From Phoronis australis (taxonomy: Eukaryota; Animalia; Phoronida), in NCBI GenBank assembly GCA_002633005.1, contig NMRA01000213.1, positions 165,892 to 229,891 of the forward strand: 64,000 nucleotides of DNA. Direction: 5' to 3'. A model generated the notes under the pieces. It did not search any database. It worked only from the letters and a program-made list of their open reading frames with translations, and was not told the origin of the DNA. Position 1 is the stretch's first letter, and every line of letters begins with the position of its first letter. Made by a program: the position numbers and the translations under genes. Positions 24,411 to 37,241 of this stretch are shown in pieces.

Positions 24411-26688
24411 CTGGTTTTCTTTTCTTTTCTTCAACAAAATGCATCTACTGACCTCTATAATATACTCTGTTCAACATGCTAATAAAAAATTAAAAAAGAC
24501 ATTTGAAACTTTCATTCTGCAGTATTGTCATCTCCTGTAAAGTTGTCATCAGGTTTTCTCTCAAAACAATAAATTCTCAAGTTCTACATTGTTTTCACCA
24601 AGCCTGTTAACACCCAGGTTGTCTGCCACAGGCTGTTTGTTGATCATGGGTCATATTTCTGTCCACTCTGCCAAAATAAAGTCTTCAGCTTGAGGTTGGC
24701 TAGAGTGATTAAAAGTTCCTTAGGAATTTTACTTTTTGGACTTTGTCTGCTGAGTTGGAAATAAATAAGCCTTTAAGCAACTATTAGTTAATTCTGTCTG
24801 GAGGTGTTATACAGGTATGACTTGTGTTTTTATTTGTGAATTCAATAATTTCATGCCAGAAAAGATTTCCCCACAGTTGTTGGGTCACAGTGACAATATG
24901 TCATTTAAGTCATTGACTATCTTTCTAGGAGTGTTCAGGCTTTTTGCTTGATGCTAATTACGTTCAGTATAATGATGTTGACCTAAACTGTCATGAAATT
25001 TCACCTCTTCGGATCTTTTTTTTTCATTTTTCAAAAATCTCAACATGTGTGTGAAATCCCACACTTTCTCAAAACATTGGTTGACAGTGGTCCGTATATA
25101 GAACTTAAAAGAATATTATTGTAGTTTTTGTAACTGAAAAGCATTATTATAGGATTATTGTGACTTCTTGAAGTTTTTAAACCAGATCTTTAAAACAACA
25201 AAATCAGTCACAATTTTGTGATTTTATTACGAATCGTTAAAATATGCTTAAAATACTCTGCTACATGCGGGATTTGACTCAGTGATAGAGTGTTTTACTG
25301 CTACTGCGTACCTAGAGGGTTCGATTTTGCATTACTGCTAAATTCTGTAAATCACTTTTCTTGCCAAGAATATCCCTTTAAAGAATTTAATAATAAAATG
25401 TTGAATTGTTGCCACACATCTTGTATGGTAAAGTAAGCAATGGAAGGTGCTGGGACAACATTTTACAATCCCAAACCCTGAATGAGTCTGAGCTGTTGGG
25501 ATTTGAACAGCACTGACCACAGACACATTTAGTATGACCTTCACCTTTTGTGTGAGGATAATAGGGACAATACACTTAACATAATCCGTTAATTTTGGCT
25601 TGTGAGCATTAAAGCATGGTTAGCAGCACAGTTGGTATTCTGAATACCACTTAAGAAGGTGGACATACTTGAAAAGGGAGTACTTGATGAAACTTTCAAT
25701 TGTCTATGGCATTGTGTCCTAAATTGGCGAGATTTTACCACAGTATTGAAGTTTATTTTGTGGAAAATTTGACATTTGGTGAAATTCCTTGCTTTTTATG
25801 CTGTTTTGATGTTTTAGCTCAGTATAAGGTAATTTTTTTTTCTGTTTGACGCACAGATAAGGGTGAATTTTGAAAATCTTTTTCAGGGTTTGTTTATTTT
25901 TCGCAATTTTTTGGCTTAAGGCAGTAAAGTGGCAGGGCAGTGCATGTGTCTGTCTGTGAAAATCTGGAAGAACCCGTATGTTAATTCAAGTCAAAATCAC
26001 TATTTTAAACTATGGTGTCACGTTTTTGAAACTCAATCTGACTGCAAATGGGACTGATAAACTCCATTTCATCATCAGTGTAGTGGTGAAAAATAAGAAT
26101 CGTAATTCACCATGTTAAAAAGCAATGCCTGTAAAACCCAGCTTCCATCACAAAAATTACCTTTTGATTTAGTCCGCATACCATTATGAAATTGGCAGCC
26201 CTAAGTTTCACTTATACTCTGTTCAGTAAGTAGTTAAATGTTGGCGTTTTCGCTAGCGCTTTCTGAGTGCCACGAATGTGAATGATTAAACGTATCACCA
26301 GAACTGCTAGTGTTGTTTCTGGTAGCTCGTTTTGTAGGCCAGACCTCTTACTTCAAGGACACAAATGTTTGGGGGGGTTGATGCCTCGCCTGTTTATCAT
26401 GGCATTAATCAATTTTTGGTGGAGAGTGAACATGTTTTGACATCAACAATCCGTTTAAGGTTATTTTGGGTGATGAGGAATCTGTCAGGGGGGAATAACC
26501 CCTTTGCACTGCAGGCAGCTCTTCTCTCTGGCTAAAAGCTGTTATTGTTGTTGTTGTTGTTATTAGCCTTTTGCCAGTGGAGATGCCAGCATTTCTGTTA
26601 CTCATGTGAACCTATTACAAATTAGAGTTGAGGTGATTTTTTGGCGTGAAAAGAACTGACAGTTCGTCGTTGCCCGAGACCAAGCTTT

Positions 26689-26982
26689 ACAAGTTGGCTT
26701 GTTGGGGTGGATTAATTCTATGTGCAGAACATGGTCTCACACAATAACAAGTTAGCTTGTCAGGCTGGGTTGGTTGTATGTACATAACATGGTCTCACAC
26801 AATAACAAGTTGGCTTGTCATGCTGGGTTTGTTGTATGTACATGACATGGTCTCACACAATAACAAGTTGGCTTGTCATGCTGGGTTTGTTGTATGTACA
26901 TAACATGGTCTCACACAATAACAAGTTAGCTTGTCATGCTAGGTTTGTTGTATGAGCAGAACATGGTCTCACACAATAACAA
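26689..26982. repeat. Minisatellite, 58-bp unit, ~4.5-5 copies
   Basis: (A/G)ACATGGTCTCACACAATAACAA recurs at 26728, 26786, 26844, 26902 and 26960. The rest of each unit is also near-identical. Confidence 0.92.
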
Positions 26983-29583
26983 ACTGTCAGTCCAGAAATC
27001 ACTTGTCATCAGAGTTATGAACAAGTGGATATCAGTACAAGTAGTCTGAATCAAAGGTAGGTTTCTTTGAGGCAATGATTAGCCAGCTTATTGCCACTTT
27101 AAGCAAGCTTAAGATTTGTCGTGATCGAGCGTACTGGGTCTTGATCTCTCTACCCACTAACCAATCCCTCTTTAGTGCGGTAGAAGTCCCTGGGGGCACT
27201 GCTTGTGGTGTATTAAAGATCTGTGGTTCGTTGACACGCCCATTCAAAGTGAAATGTAGTCATGTACCAGTTGTTGATGAATCCCCTATTTGGCAGATTG
27301 ATGTTTTTCTCCTTGTCTGCTTATCGACTGACCACTTGTGCCGGTCCACAGACAAAAAGCTGATCCACGATCTACGCATGGCTGCAGGGGAGGTAATCAA
27401 CAATTGATTTTTTTACCACAAGAGTGATCAGAGAGTGATTTAGTAGATTAGAAGTGTCAAGTGGCATTTTTCCCACGGAATCCCTGTGGCTAGCAGGCCT
27501 AGGCTATAAGATTTCTTTTACTTTAACTTTTTATTACGGGAAACGTTTGTTATATGTTCCATTTTTATATTTCAAATAAACGTTATCCAGTGCATCAAAC
27601 CGTGCATTTTCTTTATCTGGGTTAACTGATACAGCCGGCTTAGGTAAAAATGTGCAGTATGGAACATACATGTACTTTTAAGCAATTGTTAAAATTGTCA
27701 GTGTTTGCCATTTCAAGAGCTTGTGGTTGCTCATAACTGCATTCCATCCTGTTTAGTTGGCTTAATGTCAGATTGGGCCTTTGACTCTCTTGAAATTGGT
27801 CTGGGGATATTTTTTGTCACGATAAGATTTTCTATTTCTGTTACCAACAAGAACTTCAAAACCATCAGTGACTTAAAAAAACACCTTGGAGTTAAATGGG
27901 TTAGATGTCTTTAGAATTGCGGATTTGAAAATAGCTCATATGGGCATTGCCTGTTACTTGAGTTGCCAGCTCATTCAGCAACATCGACAATTAAACAGGG
28001 ATGAAATGCAGCTTGATGAATGTTGCCCTAAACGACGGAAGTTTTACCAAATGTTGCTTAGTGGCTGTTGTAAATTGCAAACCATGCAAACCTATGGTGC
28101 AAACTTTTATTGAGAAATCTGATGAAGGAAACTCCGTTTTCCTTCATAATTATTTGTCCTGAATGAACGGATGTTTGCCATTGGTTAATTTTTGTCTGAG
28201 CTCGTGACACTTCCTTTTTTGTCGAGACTGTTTCGAGTGCTTGATGAGTTTTGCCCATTACAAAACATGGGAGACAAATCCAAGGATGCTTTCTTAATTC
28301 TTGTATTTCAGAGTAAAACTCATTGGTCATATCTGTTGAGTGTTAAGGTCTCCTTATCCTGGAATTGATTTATCCGTGTTATTTAATGAAAAGTAGTCTT
28401 CGGCGAATTTGCAAAAAAATTCAATCGTTTTCATTTCTCTGTTGACTCTTCTGTTTGCTATTTTCCCTTTGCTGTTTGAATTGGGTTAAACTTTTGTTTG
28501 ATGCGGGCTTGAACAGAATTCAAATCAATAACCTTTTTCTTGTCCATTCTTGCCATGACATGGATTTTCATGCTTGTGAAATTTTTCTTCAAAAGCTGAA
28601 AATTAAGTTTGACCTCGATTCCAAGCAGTCATTAAATTTCTATAGGACATCACAAAGCATGCATGTGTGATCCATGGTATTTGACAGTGAAATTAAATAG
28701 GTTTTGATATCGATCAGTAAATTGAAATTCTTTTGATCATGATTATGGGGATGACACCGTTTGTTTGACGGGTGCGTGTTGGCTAATCATGATGAAACGT
28801 CAAGAACGTTGTTCAGAACTAGTGCGTCATGATTTCCGGCAACAACAGTTGCGAAACTTGCCAGACATTGTTGAAAATCAATATGAGGTGTATTGAAATA
28901 TTGTCACTGTCATCAGTGTGTGATTGTCTAAATATTGTCTCCTCCTCGATATGGTACCCCTTGCGGAGTTCCCGATGTCACACCGCCGCGTGCGGTATCG
29001 ACTGTAGTTCACACATAGGTCAATATTTGGTGTTAACTGGATTGTTGAGGTTGTTGAATATCTGTGCAAATTTCCACTCTTACAAACTTAAATAGTATGG
29101 ATTATTGAGTAAATATTTAAATGTCAAATCAGATAGTTACGTCAATCAGTAGGTTTTTTGTGTAGTGACGAGCAGACGAGCAGTGCATTCTCTAATTACT
29201 GCGCTAGGCGTGGACTAATTTATGGCTTGAACTGCGAATTTCAGATCGGTATTCTTGGTTTAAAACTTTCCTTGAAAGAATTTTTGTCATTTTAGATGTA
29301 TTGGGCCACCTAGATAGTCCCAGATAAGAAACACCATTAAATCGATACAACATTGGCTCGTGAAATGAAAAGCGAACTCAGAACAAAGACCGAAAATCTG
29401 AAAATAGATTTATTGAATAGAGGTCTGAATGGAACACCAAAACTGATTCTTGCAGTGACATTGACGAATTTAGCATAATCTTCTTTACATGGAAATGCAT
29501 GGCTCTGCTCAGTGTGATGCTAAGACTCACTGTGATAAGCAAATTCACTCGCATTACTGTTCAAGAGAATTTAAGGTTATGTG

Positions 29584-29830
29584 CAGTAAGACAAAAGTAA
29601 TTAAGACAAAATCCTTTTACCCTCATAACAACTGGTTCTGTTAACAGCAAAAATGACTGGTAATAACTATTAGGGCAGCAAAACTCTAATTTCAAAATGG
29701 CTTAGGCTCTTTACTAACTTTCCTGTTTATTTTCCTTCATTCTCGGTCACCAGGGGAGACTACTCCTGCTTAGCTGCCATGACTTAGGAAGTCCGGGGTC
29801 ATTTTATCTGAATACTTTTGGCTTGTGCTG
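29584..29830. mobile_element. Old Tc1/mariner-like MITE, copy B
   Basis: Shares blocks with copy A (TGTTAACA.CAAAAATGA, CAGCAAAA.TCTAATT, CATTTT.TCTGAATACTTTTGG). Confidence 0.6.
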
Positions 29831-30846
29831 TGGGACCCTACCCACAAGTCTATGTATTTATCCAAGTATACACAAAACTATTGGTTTTTACTTTAAGAAA
29901 AGGTATATATTCTCTGAAAGTAGAGAGCCTGTAGACATTGATTTTTTATTTTATGCCAACCCGATATTAATTGGGTCACTTAGACCATGTCTTTTAGTAA
30001 AATTTAGCAAACTGAAAAATTCCATTCGTAGCAACACCGGTAGCAGTAGCGTGAAAAATTTTGATGTAAACGTTCGAGGTAGTGTCTTGCAAACACTGTT
30101 ACAGTTTTTAAAAATTATTTTGTTTTCATTTTGTTCAGCTTTTGGGTTTTTTCATAAACATGATAAAAGTTATTTTTTGAAAGTCCTTCATGTAAAAGTG
30201 GAATATTTTAAAAACAATTTCTAACATCACTTTGTGGTAACAGTGTATGTAGCTTAGCATCCGAACATTTCATATGAATCCAATCAGATATTAGATATGA
30301 TGTTGCGAAGTTGGCCAAATTTTGACATTTTTCTGTAGTTCTACAAATTACCTGCAAATTACCTGTCGCAGACAGGGTCATAATGGATGTGCTGCTCCAC
30401 TAATCATCTCGCCAGACTTCCATCCTGACAGCAGGAGGCGCTAACTTCCAGTACTGGTGTTAACCATTAGCTGTTGGTTTTGCAGTCGCCTTTGTATGCC
30501 CCTGGTCGGGCTTGAGGCCCAGGTCGCAAATAAAGTTCCAGAGTTCAGGGTAGTCTGAACATAAGATAACCATTTCACCGTGTTATACTGTGATGTAGAG
30601 CTTATTTTATGTGAAAATCTTTTCTCATAAGTCCACCCATGGAGTTGGCTAAAATGTAAACTCATTGTTTTGTGAAATCATAATAAATTAATGCATTTGA
30701 TTTGTAGCACTGTCTAAATTCATTATGCATACAAATAAGTGTCTGCTACCATTTTCAAACTTGATAATCATGAGTTTACTGGGAACTATGAAAAATGGTG
30801 GTGTTGACTGAATTTCTAACTCATAGGTTTATACTCTTTTTTTCAG

Positions 30847-31655
30847 AATGCTGTGCCACACCTTTGTCCAGTAGCTCAATGGCATTTGTATCTCCACCAA
30901 ACAAAACGTTTTCTAGACAAGTAGCTGACTGTGAGTTGTGTCATAAATTGCCAAATGTTCTAAAATTTCTGTCCGCTCCATTTGGAGTTTGGGCAGTTTG
31001 TGTGCCTATTTAACTATTGGTGATCTTCACTTGACAGTATTGTTTTTATGCTGAATGTATCTGTGAAGTTGTGGTGTATATTTTTGTATGTGTAGGCTTG
31101 GAAGAATTTTGTTGATCTGTGAAATGCATTCGACAGGGTAGACCAATTGTAACCTAGTGCTCATTGTTGTGGGTCTAGCTGTAAGTATTGTTGTATTATG
31201 AGAGCAGTAATATTTAATAAGCACATGTATTTGTTTGTACAACAAACAACTTCAATTCTAATTATTTTCTTTGTGTGTTGGTGTATATAGGTAAACCAAA
31301 GTACTACCATGTTCATTGTTATAGCAACAACTACTTTCATTTTCTTTAATGGAATTTTGGTTTGTTGTACCTTTGTTGTTGATTTTTATTGTTGATAGTG
31401 GAAAACTATAATTATTTGTGTCTGGGTGTATTAGGAATTTGTCAAAGCCAGTCATTTGGCATCAACATTTGTTTTTCCAATTGGCCCCCTCTTATTGTGA
31501 TGCTTGGAGATGTGACACCGGGATCCACTTTGAATCCCAGTGCTTTGGTTATGTTTGTTTTTTATTCTGATTTTGGCTGTAATGTTATTTAAGTTTTAAT
31601 TTTGAATTCATTCTGAGTGTTTTGAAATGAGACAATAAAAGTTGTTGAAATGTGT
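30847..31655 (+). other. SCAPER: Putative non-coding terminal exon (3' UTR) of SCAPER; 3' end approximate
   Basis: Strong acceptor, a T/G-rich sense strand typical of 3' UTRs, and AATAAA at 31634 followed by a GU-rich tract. Confidence 0.5.
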
Positions 31656-31665
31656 TTTGTGTTGT
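31634..31665 (+). terminator. Polyadenylation signal of SCAPER (AATAAA plus downstream GU-rich element)
   Basis: AATAAA at 31634-31639, then tgtgttttgtgttgt. CpG depletion ends shortly downstream. Confidence 0.5.
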
Positions 31666-34600
31666 AAATGTGGATAGTCTTTAGGTGGCCATGCACTTGT
31701 GGTAAACTTTCATCAATTCCAGACAAAGGTGATTGCCAAATTTCATTTTTCATTTTTCAAAAACCTTCCATAACTGTGGTTGATTTATATCATTACTCAA
31801 AACATCCCCTGATGGTAGCTGAGGTAGGGAACTGAAAATGATAACCTATTTAATTTTTGCTAATTATGTTATGAAATAAGGAAAAATAAAATTTAACTGG
31901 TGAGATTAAAGCTAACAGACATTTGAAGGTTTCTTAACCTTAGAATCACATTTGTTCACATCCTGGGTGCAATAGTGTAATGCTTCACATTTTTAGCACA
32001 CATGCTGTCCACAGGTGAAACTCTATTTTATAAAAATTTTCCAGAAAAACAGAGACAAAGAAAGTTTCAGCCTGTTGCTAGCATGGTTTGTACCGTGTAG
32101 ATGTCACAAAACAACATTTAGGAAGGTTTCCATTATTTGTTGCAAAGAGGCCCCAATTGAGGACGGGATGGAGTAGTTTGAAGTCAAAATCTGTAAATGG
32201 TTATTATGATGAGCTTTACCAAATGTTTATTTTGTTATGTATTAAGCGAGACTCGGAGACGTGGACGTCATTTGCTGAATTTCATAATATTGAGCAAGCT
32301 TTCAAATTTGGCACAAATCCTAGTCACGAACTTTGCAGAGAGTCAATACTACAGACCGACTGAGCAAGGCCTTGCGTGTGTGAAGTGTATTAACCTGTTT
32401 AGTTTTTCAGTTATCCAGCGGTGTGTATGCCCTGTGATCGATAATCTGCGACAGTCGTACAATAATTGAACAAATCCTGCCAGCCATTGGAGCATAGTCG
32501 CATTGTTGTCTGTTTTTGTTTACAGTGTGACGATCGATACGGGCGTCACTAACGATAATAACCGTTTGAATGGAATCTCGCTACGGGATATCCTGTTTTG
32601 CCTTTTTGTCTCGAGCCTATTGTTTAAATTGTGATCCAGTTCTATGGACTTGAAATATGCCGTGAATTCTGGAGATCCCTAAGTTTGCGGTGGGGAGATT
32701 CAACTGAAGGTTAATTCGGGCGCCTTGTTTTCTCTAATGAACTGATACTGGCTTGCCTTCAAGAGCGTAGATAAATAGCCAACAAGCTGCAGAAAATCCG
32801 ATAATCGTCTTATTTAAAATTTGATGAAAAATGGAAATTTTTTACATATGGAATTAACCGTGACGTAAGAATGCTCTTGTGGCTAAGAATGACATCATTT
32901 GTAGTAACCGTTCTCTTTTTCCTATGTATTTTTGTTTACTTATGAAAGCCATGTCACTACTTAGGTGTACGAAATCAATAAAACATTTGCAGAGAAATTC
33001 AGTTTCAAACCGTTTTTTGATTTTTAATACCAAATGCATTGTCAATTATTATTGAAATGATTACGTAAAATTATATCGCTGCTATTGAATATGGGCGACA
33101 TGATTGGCCTTCAAAGACTTTCTTCGTCTTCTAATTAACTAAAGCATGTATACCAACATTCTCTGACTTATTATCGACATTCAGGTAGGTACGACTTAAC
33201 CGTATTAGTACGTAATCAGCGACGGGGACCCCTAAAGTGGCACCACACGAAATGAATAAACACTGCACCCAACCACTTGGCCTCGAGTATTCTTGGAGTC
33301 ACTTTCATGCATCTATAGTAAAATGAAAACCGTTGGCCACACCTGCTTAGGGCTCCCACGACATGACCATTTTGTGCATTTTTATAGAAATTCTTGAAGA
33401 ATGTCAATTATTTAAACATTGGTCTAAAGGTGAAGGATTTTTACGAGAACTTCGCTTTAAAGGGACACAATCGAATTGATGGCCGCATTTGTGTGATAAT
33501 TCTGTTGGATAGTTGTTAGCTTTAACCAGAGCTGTAAATCTGCAAAATCTGTTGTCGTTTTTATGAGTTTAAGAACAAATTGTCTATTCCTCTCCGACGT
33601 TGGCTTCCAGCCATTCGAAGGTCGAGTACAGCTAATTTATCAGTTAAAACGCTTAAAATATTCGACTTTTTGTTTCCCTTGACTTCATCCCTTCTCGCAA
33701 AACGTTGGCCGGACTGCAACTGTCGCCGACAATGTCACTTTTAACATTTGTAACCACAAGAGACACCTGATTGATCTTCAATTAGTTTATATTACGTAAT
33801 TTGAGACTAGTGTCTGTCAATGGGGTTCCAAAACTCCCAGAGCCAGCACATCACAATCAGGTCACTCGGCTGCATAAGCTGCAAAGAATAGTTAACGAAA
33901 AACTACCAGCCCAGTGTGCCAGACGACATTGTCGTCCTCTCAAAGCTCAAGTTCGGTGAACCGTGAGTAGATGTTCCTTCAGCCGATGAGCTTTTAATGG
34001 AGCTCGACGGGAGATGTCTCCGGATATGTACTGCAATTAAGACGACATTTCCGGAGTTGGCTGGAAAATCTCCATAATTAATACTCCCAGGTATCCTACA
34101 AGTTTGCATGATAAAAACAATAACGTCGTATTCATTACCCCTAATGGACCGTTTGGTCTGTGCCGTTGTCGTTGTGAACAATCATTGCGGACAAGAAAAA
34201 AGACGCCGTGCTCGGATGTAGCGCGGCGAACTGACACGCCCTTAGTGGCGTCGGTGACTCGTCCGCGGCACTTAACTCAGGCGGTTGCCGTTGGTAACCC
34301 ACTAGAGCTAGCTTTTTGTTTTACATTTACGGCGAATTTATACATACCTGAAGACGTTGCTTAAGTTTTCGAGTTGAGTTAAATCTACAGGCGACTATGC
34401 ATTGAGTTATATAGCGGTACCTAAATTCCTTAGACGGTGAAACGCGCAACTACATATACACGACATTACGCGAAATTTTGTACCGTAATCATTATTTAGT
34501 GCTAAATTTGAAACCCGCTTTAAATTATGTCGTGATGTTAAAAACACTAACGTTTTTCAAAGACGTGTGTTCTTCCAAAGCAACGTTCTCAAATTTACTT

Positions 34601-35007
34601 GAGTTGAAATGGGTTATGCGATAAATCTCTGGAAATTTCCTGGTGGCTGCCTAACCGAATTGGCGACTGCGAGGTACCCTCACTGAAACAAGGAACTTAA
34701 TGGACCTGACCCAATGCAATAACGAACACAGAGTGAATAATGAAATTGCACCCTGAGCACTCAATGTGCTGGTAACGACAGTAATGTAGGTGCTAAATGG
34801 CGTTCCGTAAGCCAAGTTTTTTTGCTAGAAAATTGAATCACGCGAGTGAAAGGCTATTTCGCGAGAATGGTAACATAATAACCTATAACTAAATGATGGC
34901 CAATGAAATCGGGTTCGTCAGCGATTTTGGAATGATGAATTATGGGATTAAATTCATAAACTATGGGGTACATTCATGGTTATGTCTTGGGTGTACGGAA
35001 AGCAGAC

Positions 35008-35698
35008 CAGATTCACTCGCAAGGGCGTACAGGTGCATTTTATAACCATAGTCCGTGTGGCACAAAAACAACCCTGTAAGTTCATGCCTCCACAATTTTT
35101 TCTTACTCCCTACATTTTGTAGTACGCATCTACCTGGTGTGTCTTATACCANGGGCCCGGTCTCTAATCTTTGTACTCGAAACGAACTCGAAACTATTTT
35201 TGGCAATTTCTCTGCCTCCTTTTGTGCAAACTTAAGATAATTGGTTATCAGACTGTGCTCGAATACATTATAATTTATGCATAGGAGTTTCTAGTTCAAG
35301 TTTGCCCTTGAAGATCCTTATATTCGTGCTACAAACTCGAGTAAAAACTCGAAATTTCGAGTTCAAACTCGAACTTATTGCTTTAATATTGGGTTTACAA
35401 ACTGTGAACTAAGGGCAATAAATTATCTAAGTAAGTTATTGTGTACTAGAGCATAGAGTAATAGACACTTATCTTGATTTCGCCCAAAAGTAGAGTAGAA
35501 AATGCCAAACCTAATTTCGAGTTCCATTTCGAGTAAAAAGATTGGAGACCGGGCCCAGATTCACTCGCAAGGGCGTACAGGTGCATTTAAAACCATAGTC
35601 CGTGTGGCACAAAAACAACCCTGTAAGTTCATGCCTCCACAATTTTTTCTTACTCCCTACATTTTGTAGTACGCATCTACCTGGTGTGTCTTATACCA
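35008..35698. repeat. ~144-bp direct duplication (35008-35151 / 35556-35698) flanking N + MITE
   Basis: CAGATTCACTCGCAAGGGCGTACAGG...GTCTTATACCA occurs twice, with N at 35152. Confidence 0.92.
35154..35555. mobile_element. PIF/Harbinger-type MITE, copy 2 (402 bp)
   Basis: About 95% identical to copy 1 by eye. Followed by CAG (CWG-type TSD). The empty site is visible at 35008-35010. Confidence 0.88.
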
Positions 35699-36976
35699 TA
35701 TACTAAAGAATTTTTCGCTAGTAAGGCGAGATCACGCAACATCACGCGAGTGGGGTGTTTCGCAAGTAAACTCGCTTACGCAGATTAGCAGAATGGCGTC
35801 CACTAAAGTGATTCGTCAGTGGTGAATTATTGGAGTAAACTCACTCGGGTCCCGTTCTATAAGTCAATACTTCTTGCCGCAAGTATCTCGCGAATGTCGT
35901 TCGCTATGGAACGCAAGCCCGGTGCGCATCAATACCTTGACGGTTGTACTCTGGCATATAACATCACGGCCAATGCAACGTTTGAAAAAAAAACATTAAC
36001 AAGCGATTGAAAAAGCGCATATCTTGTGAGTGTCTTTGAAAATGTCCATAAAATGATGTGAAATGCGCTTGCTGGCAGGTACACGTAGTGACGCTTTTGC
36101 TTACCACTTTACTCGGATTAATTCGGGTAAGGAAAAACTGTTTTGTCAACTCCGGCATTTCCATCAAGCTAGTGATTGCAAAACGAATGCTACCTAATAA
36201 ATAGAGGAGTAAATATTTTCTGATTATGAAAAGCAACTTTTTTACCGTTTATTTATATTAAAATAAGGTTCATTGTCTGCCAAGTCAATAGTAAATACGC
36301 ATGAAATATTGCAGATTAAAAATCGAAATAAGACATTGTTTCGTTGATATCGCGTGTAAATATCTATTAACTGAAGAATCAGCGGGCACGAGTAAATGAA
36401 TCAAAAGTCAGTTTGCAAATCCTCACACGTGACGGGGAATGACACGACGATCGTATTCTTTGTTGTCCTTAGATAAACGCGCATTGACGATGATTTTTTT
36501 ATCTTTTAATTACGTTCCTGAATGATGCACACATGCGCGCAGGTGATCAAATGTTGTTATTTTTACGCGAATTTCTTTTTCCTCTCTTCTCGCACGTGCG
36601 CTTTTCATAAATGGAATTTTTATCTAATGCAAGGTAATTGTGCAACATGAATTCTGTCACATCGATGTAAGGAGCAGTCACGTCATATTTTAAATTGCGT
36701 AATAACTGGTTTTGCGTACATTTTTATTCTTTGAATGGCCTCTCCTCCTCCTTTCTGTTCCCTTTCGTTTTATTAATTTGACCGCACGAGGGATTATCGC
36801 GGGAGAGTAGCAAACATTAATTTTATTGAAGATTTTGACAAGACCAGAGACAGGTTTATATGGACAAGAGAGTTTAGCTCTTTCTGTCTCACAGATGGAA
36901 AAGCAAACAAGATTAAAACTAACCGTCAACTTGATTCTCAAAATCATGATAAATGATATTTCATTTTTCCCCAAAG

Positions 36977-37241
36977 CATGCGCGCACCCAGCCTAGAAAT
37001 AGGGGATCCAATTTTTGATAATGTGGACCTGTTACTAAGATTCAAGGAGTACGTTCAGAGCTATGAATTGTGCATTCGCCGAATTTTGGTAGTTCCTGCC
37101 TTTTTGTGGACTATTGTATCGATTTTCTACTTTTTTGGAGTTTTTGTTTCTCTGAGGCAGACCTTTTTGCTCACTTCGCCAAATGGGGAGGGGGCTCGAA
37201 CGTTTAAGCCCCCCGCCCCCTCCCCCCTGGCTGCGCGCATG
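36977..37241. mobile_element. MITE with CATGCGCGCA(C/G)CCAG termini, copy 1
   Basis: 15-bp TIR with one mismatch. The body is homologous to 45055-45495. No clear TSD. Confidence 0.7.

Larger units (their letters stand above)
19805..30846 (+). other. SCAPER: Putative ~11-kb intron within the SCAPER 3' UTR
   Basis: Donor CAG|gtatgg lies 9 nt after the stop. A strong acceptor tactctttttttcag| ends at 30846, with branch-like CTAAC at 30816-30820. No transcript evidence is available. Confidence 0.5.

Noticed and set aside
26689-26982. CRISPR-like periodic repeat
   Set aside because: The 'spacers' are near-identical to each other, there are no cas genes and the context is eukaryotic. It is a minisatellite.
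34797-35920. Larger host element with GCGTTCC(G/A)TA termini around MITE copy 2
   Set aside because: The inverted match is short and lacks a TSD, so it cannot be delimited reliably.
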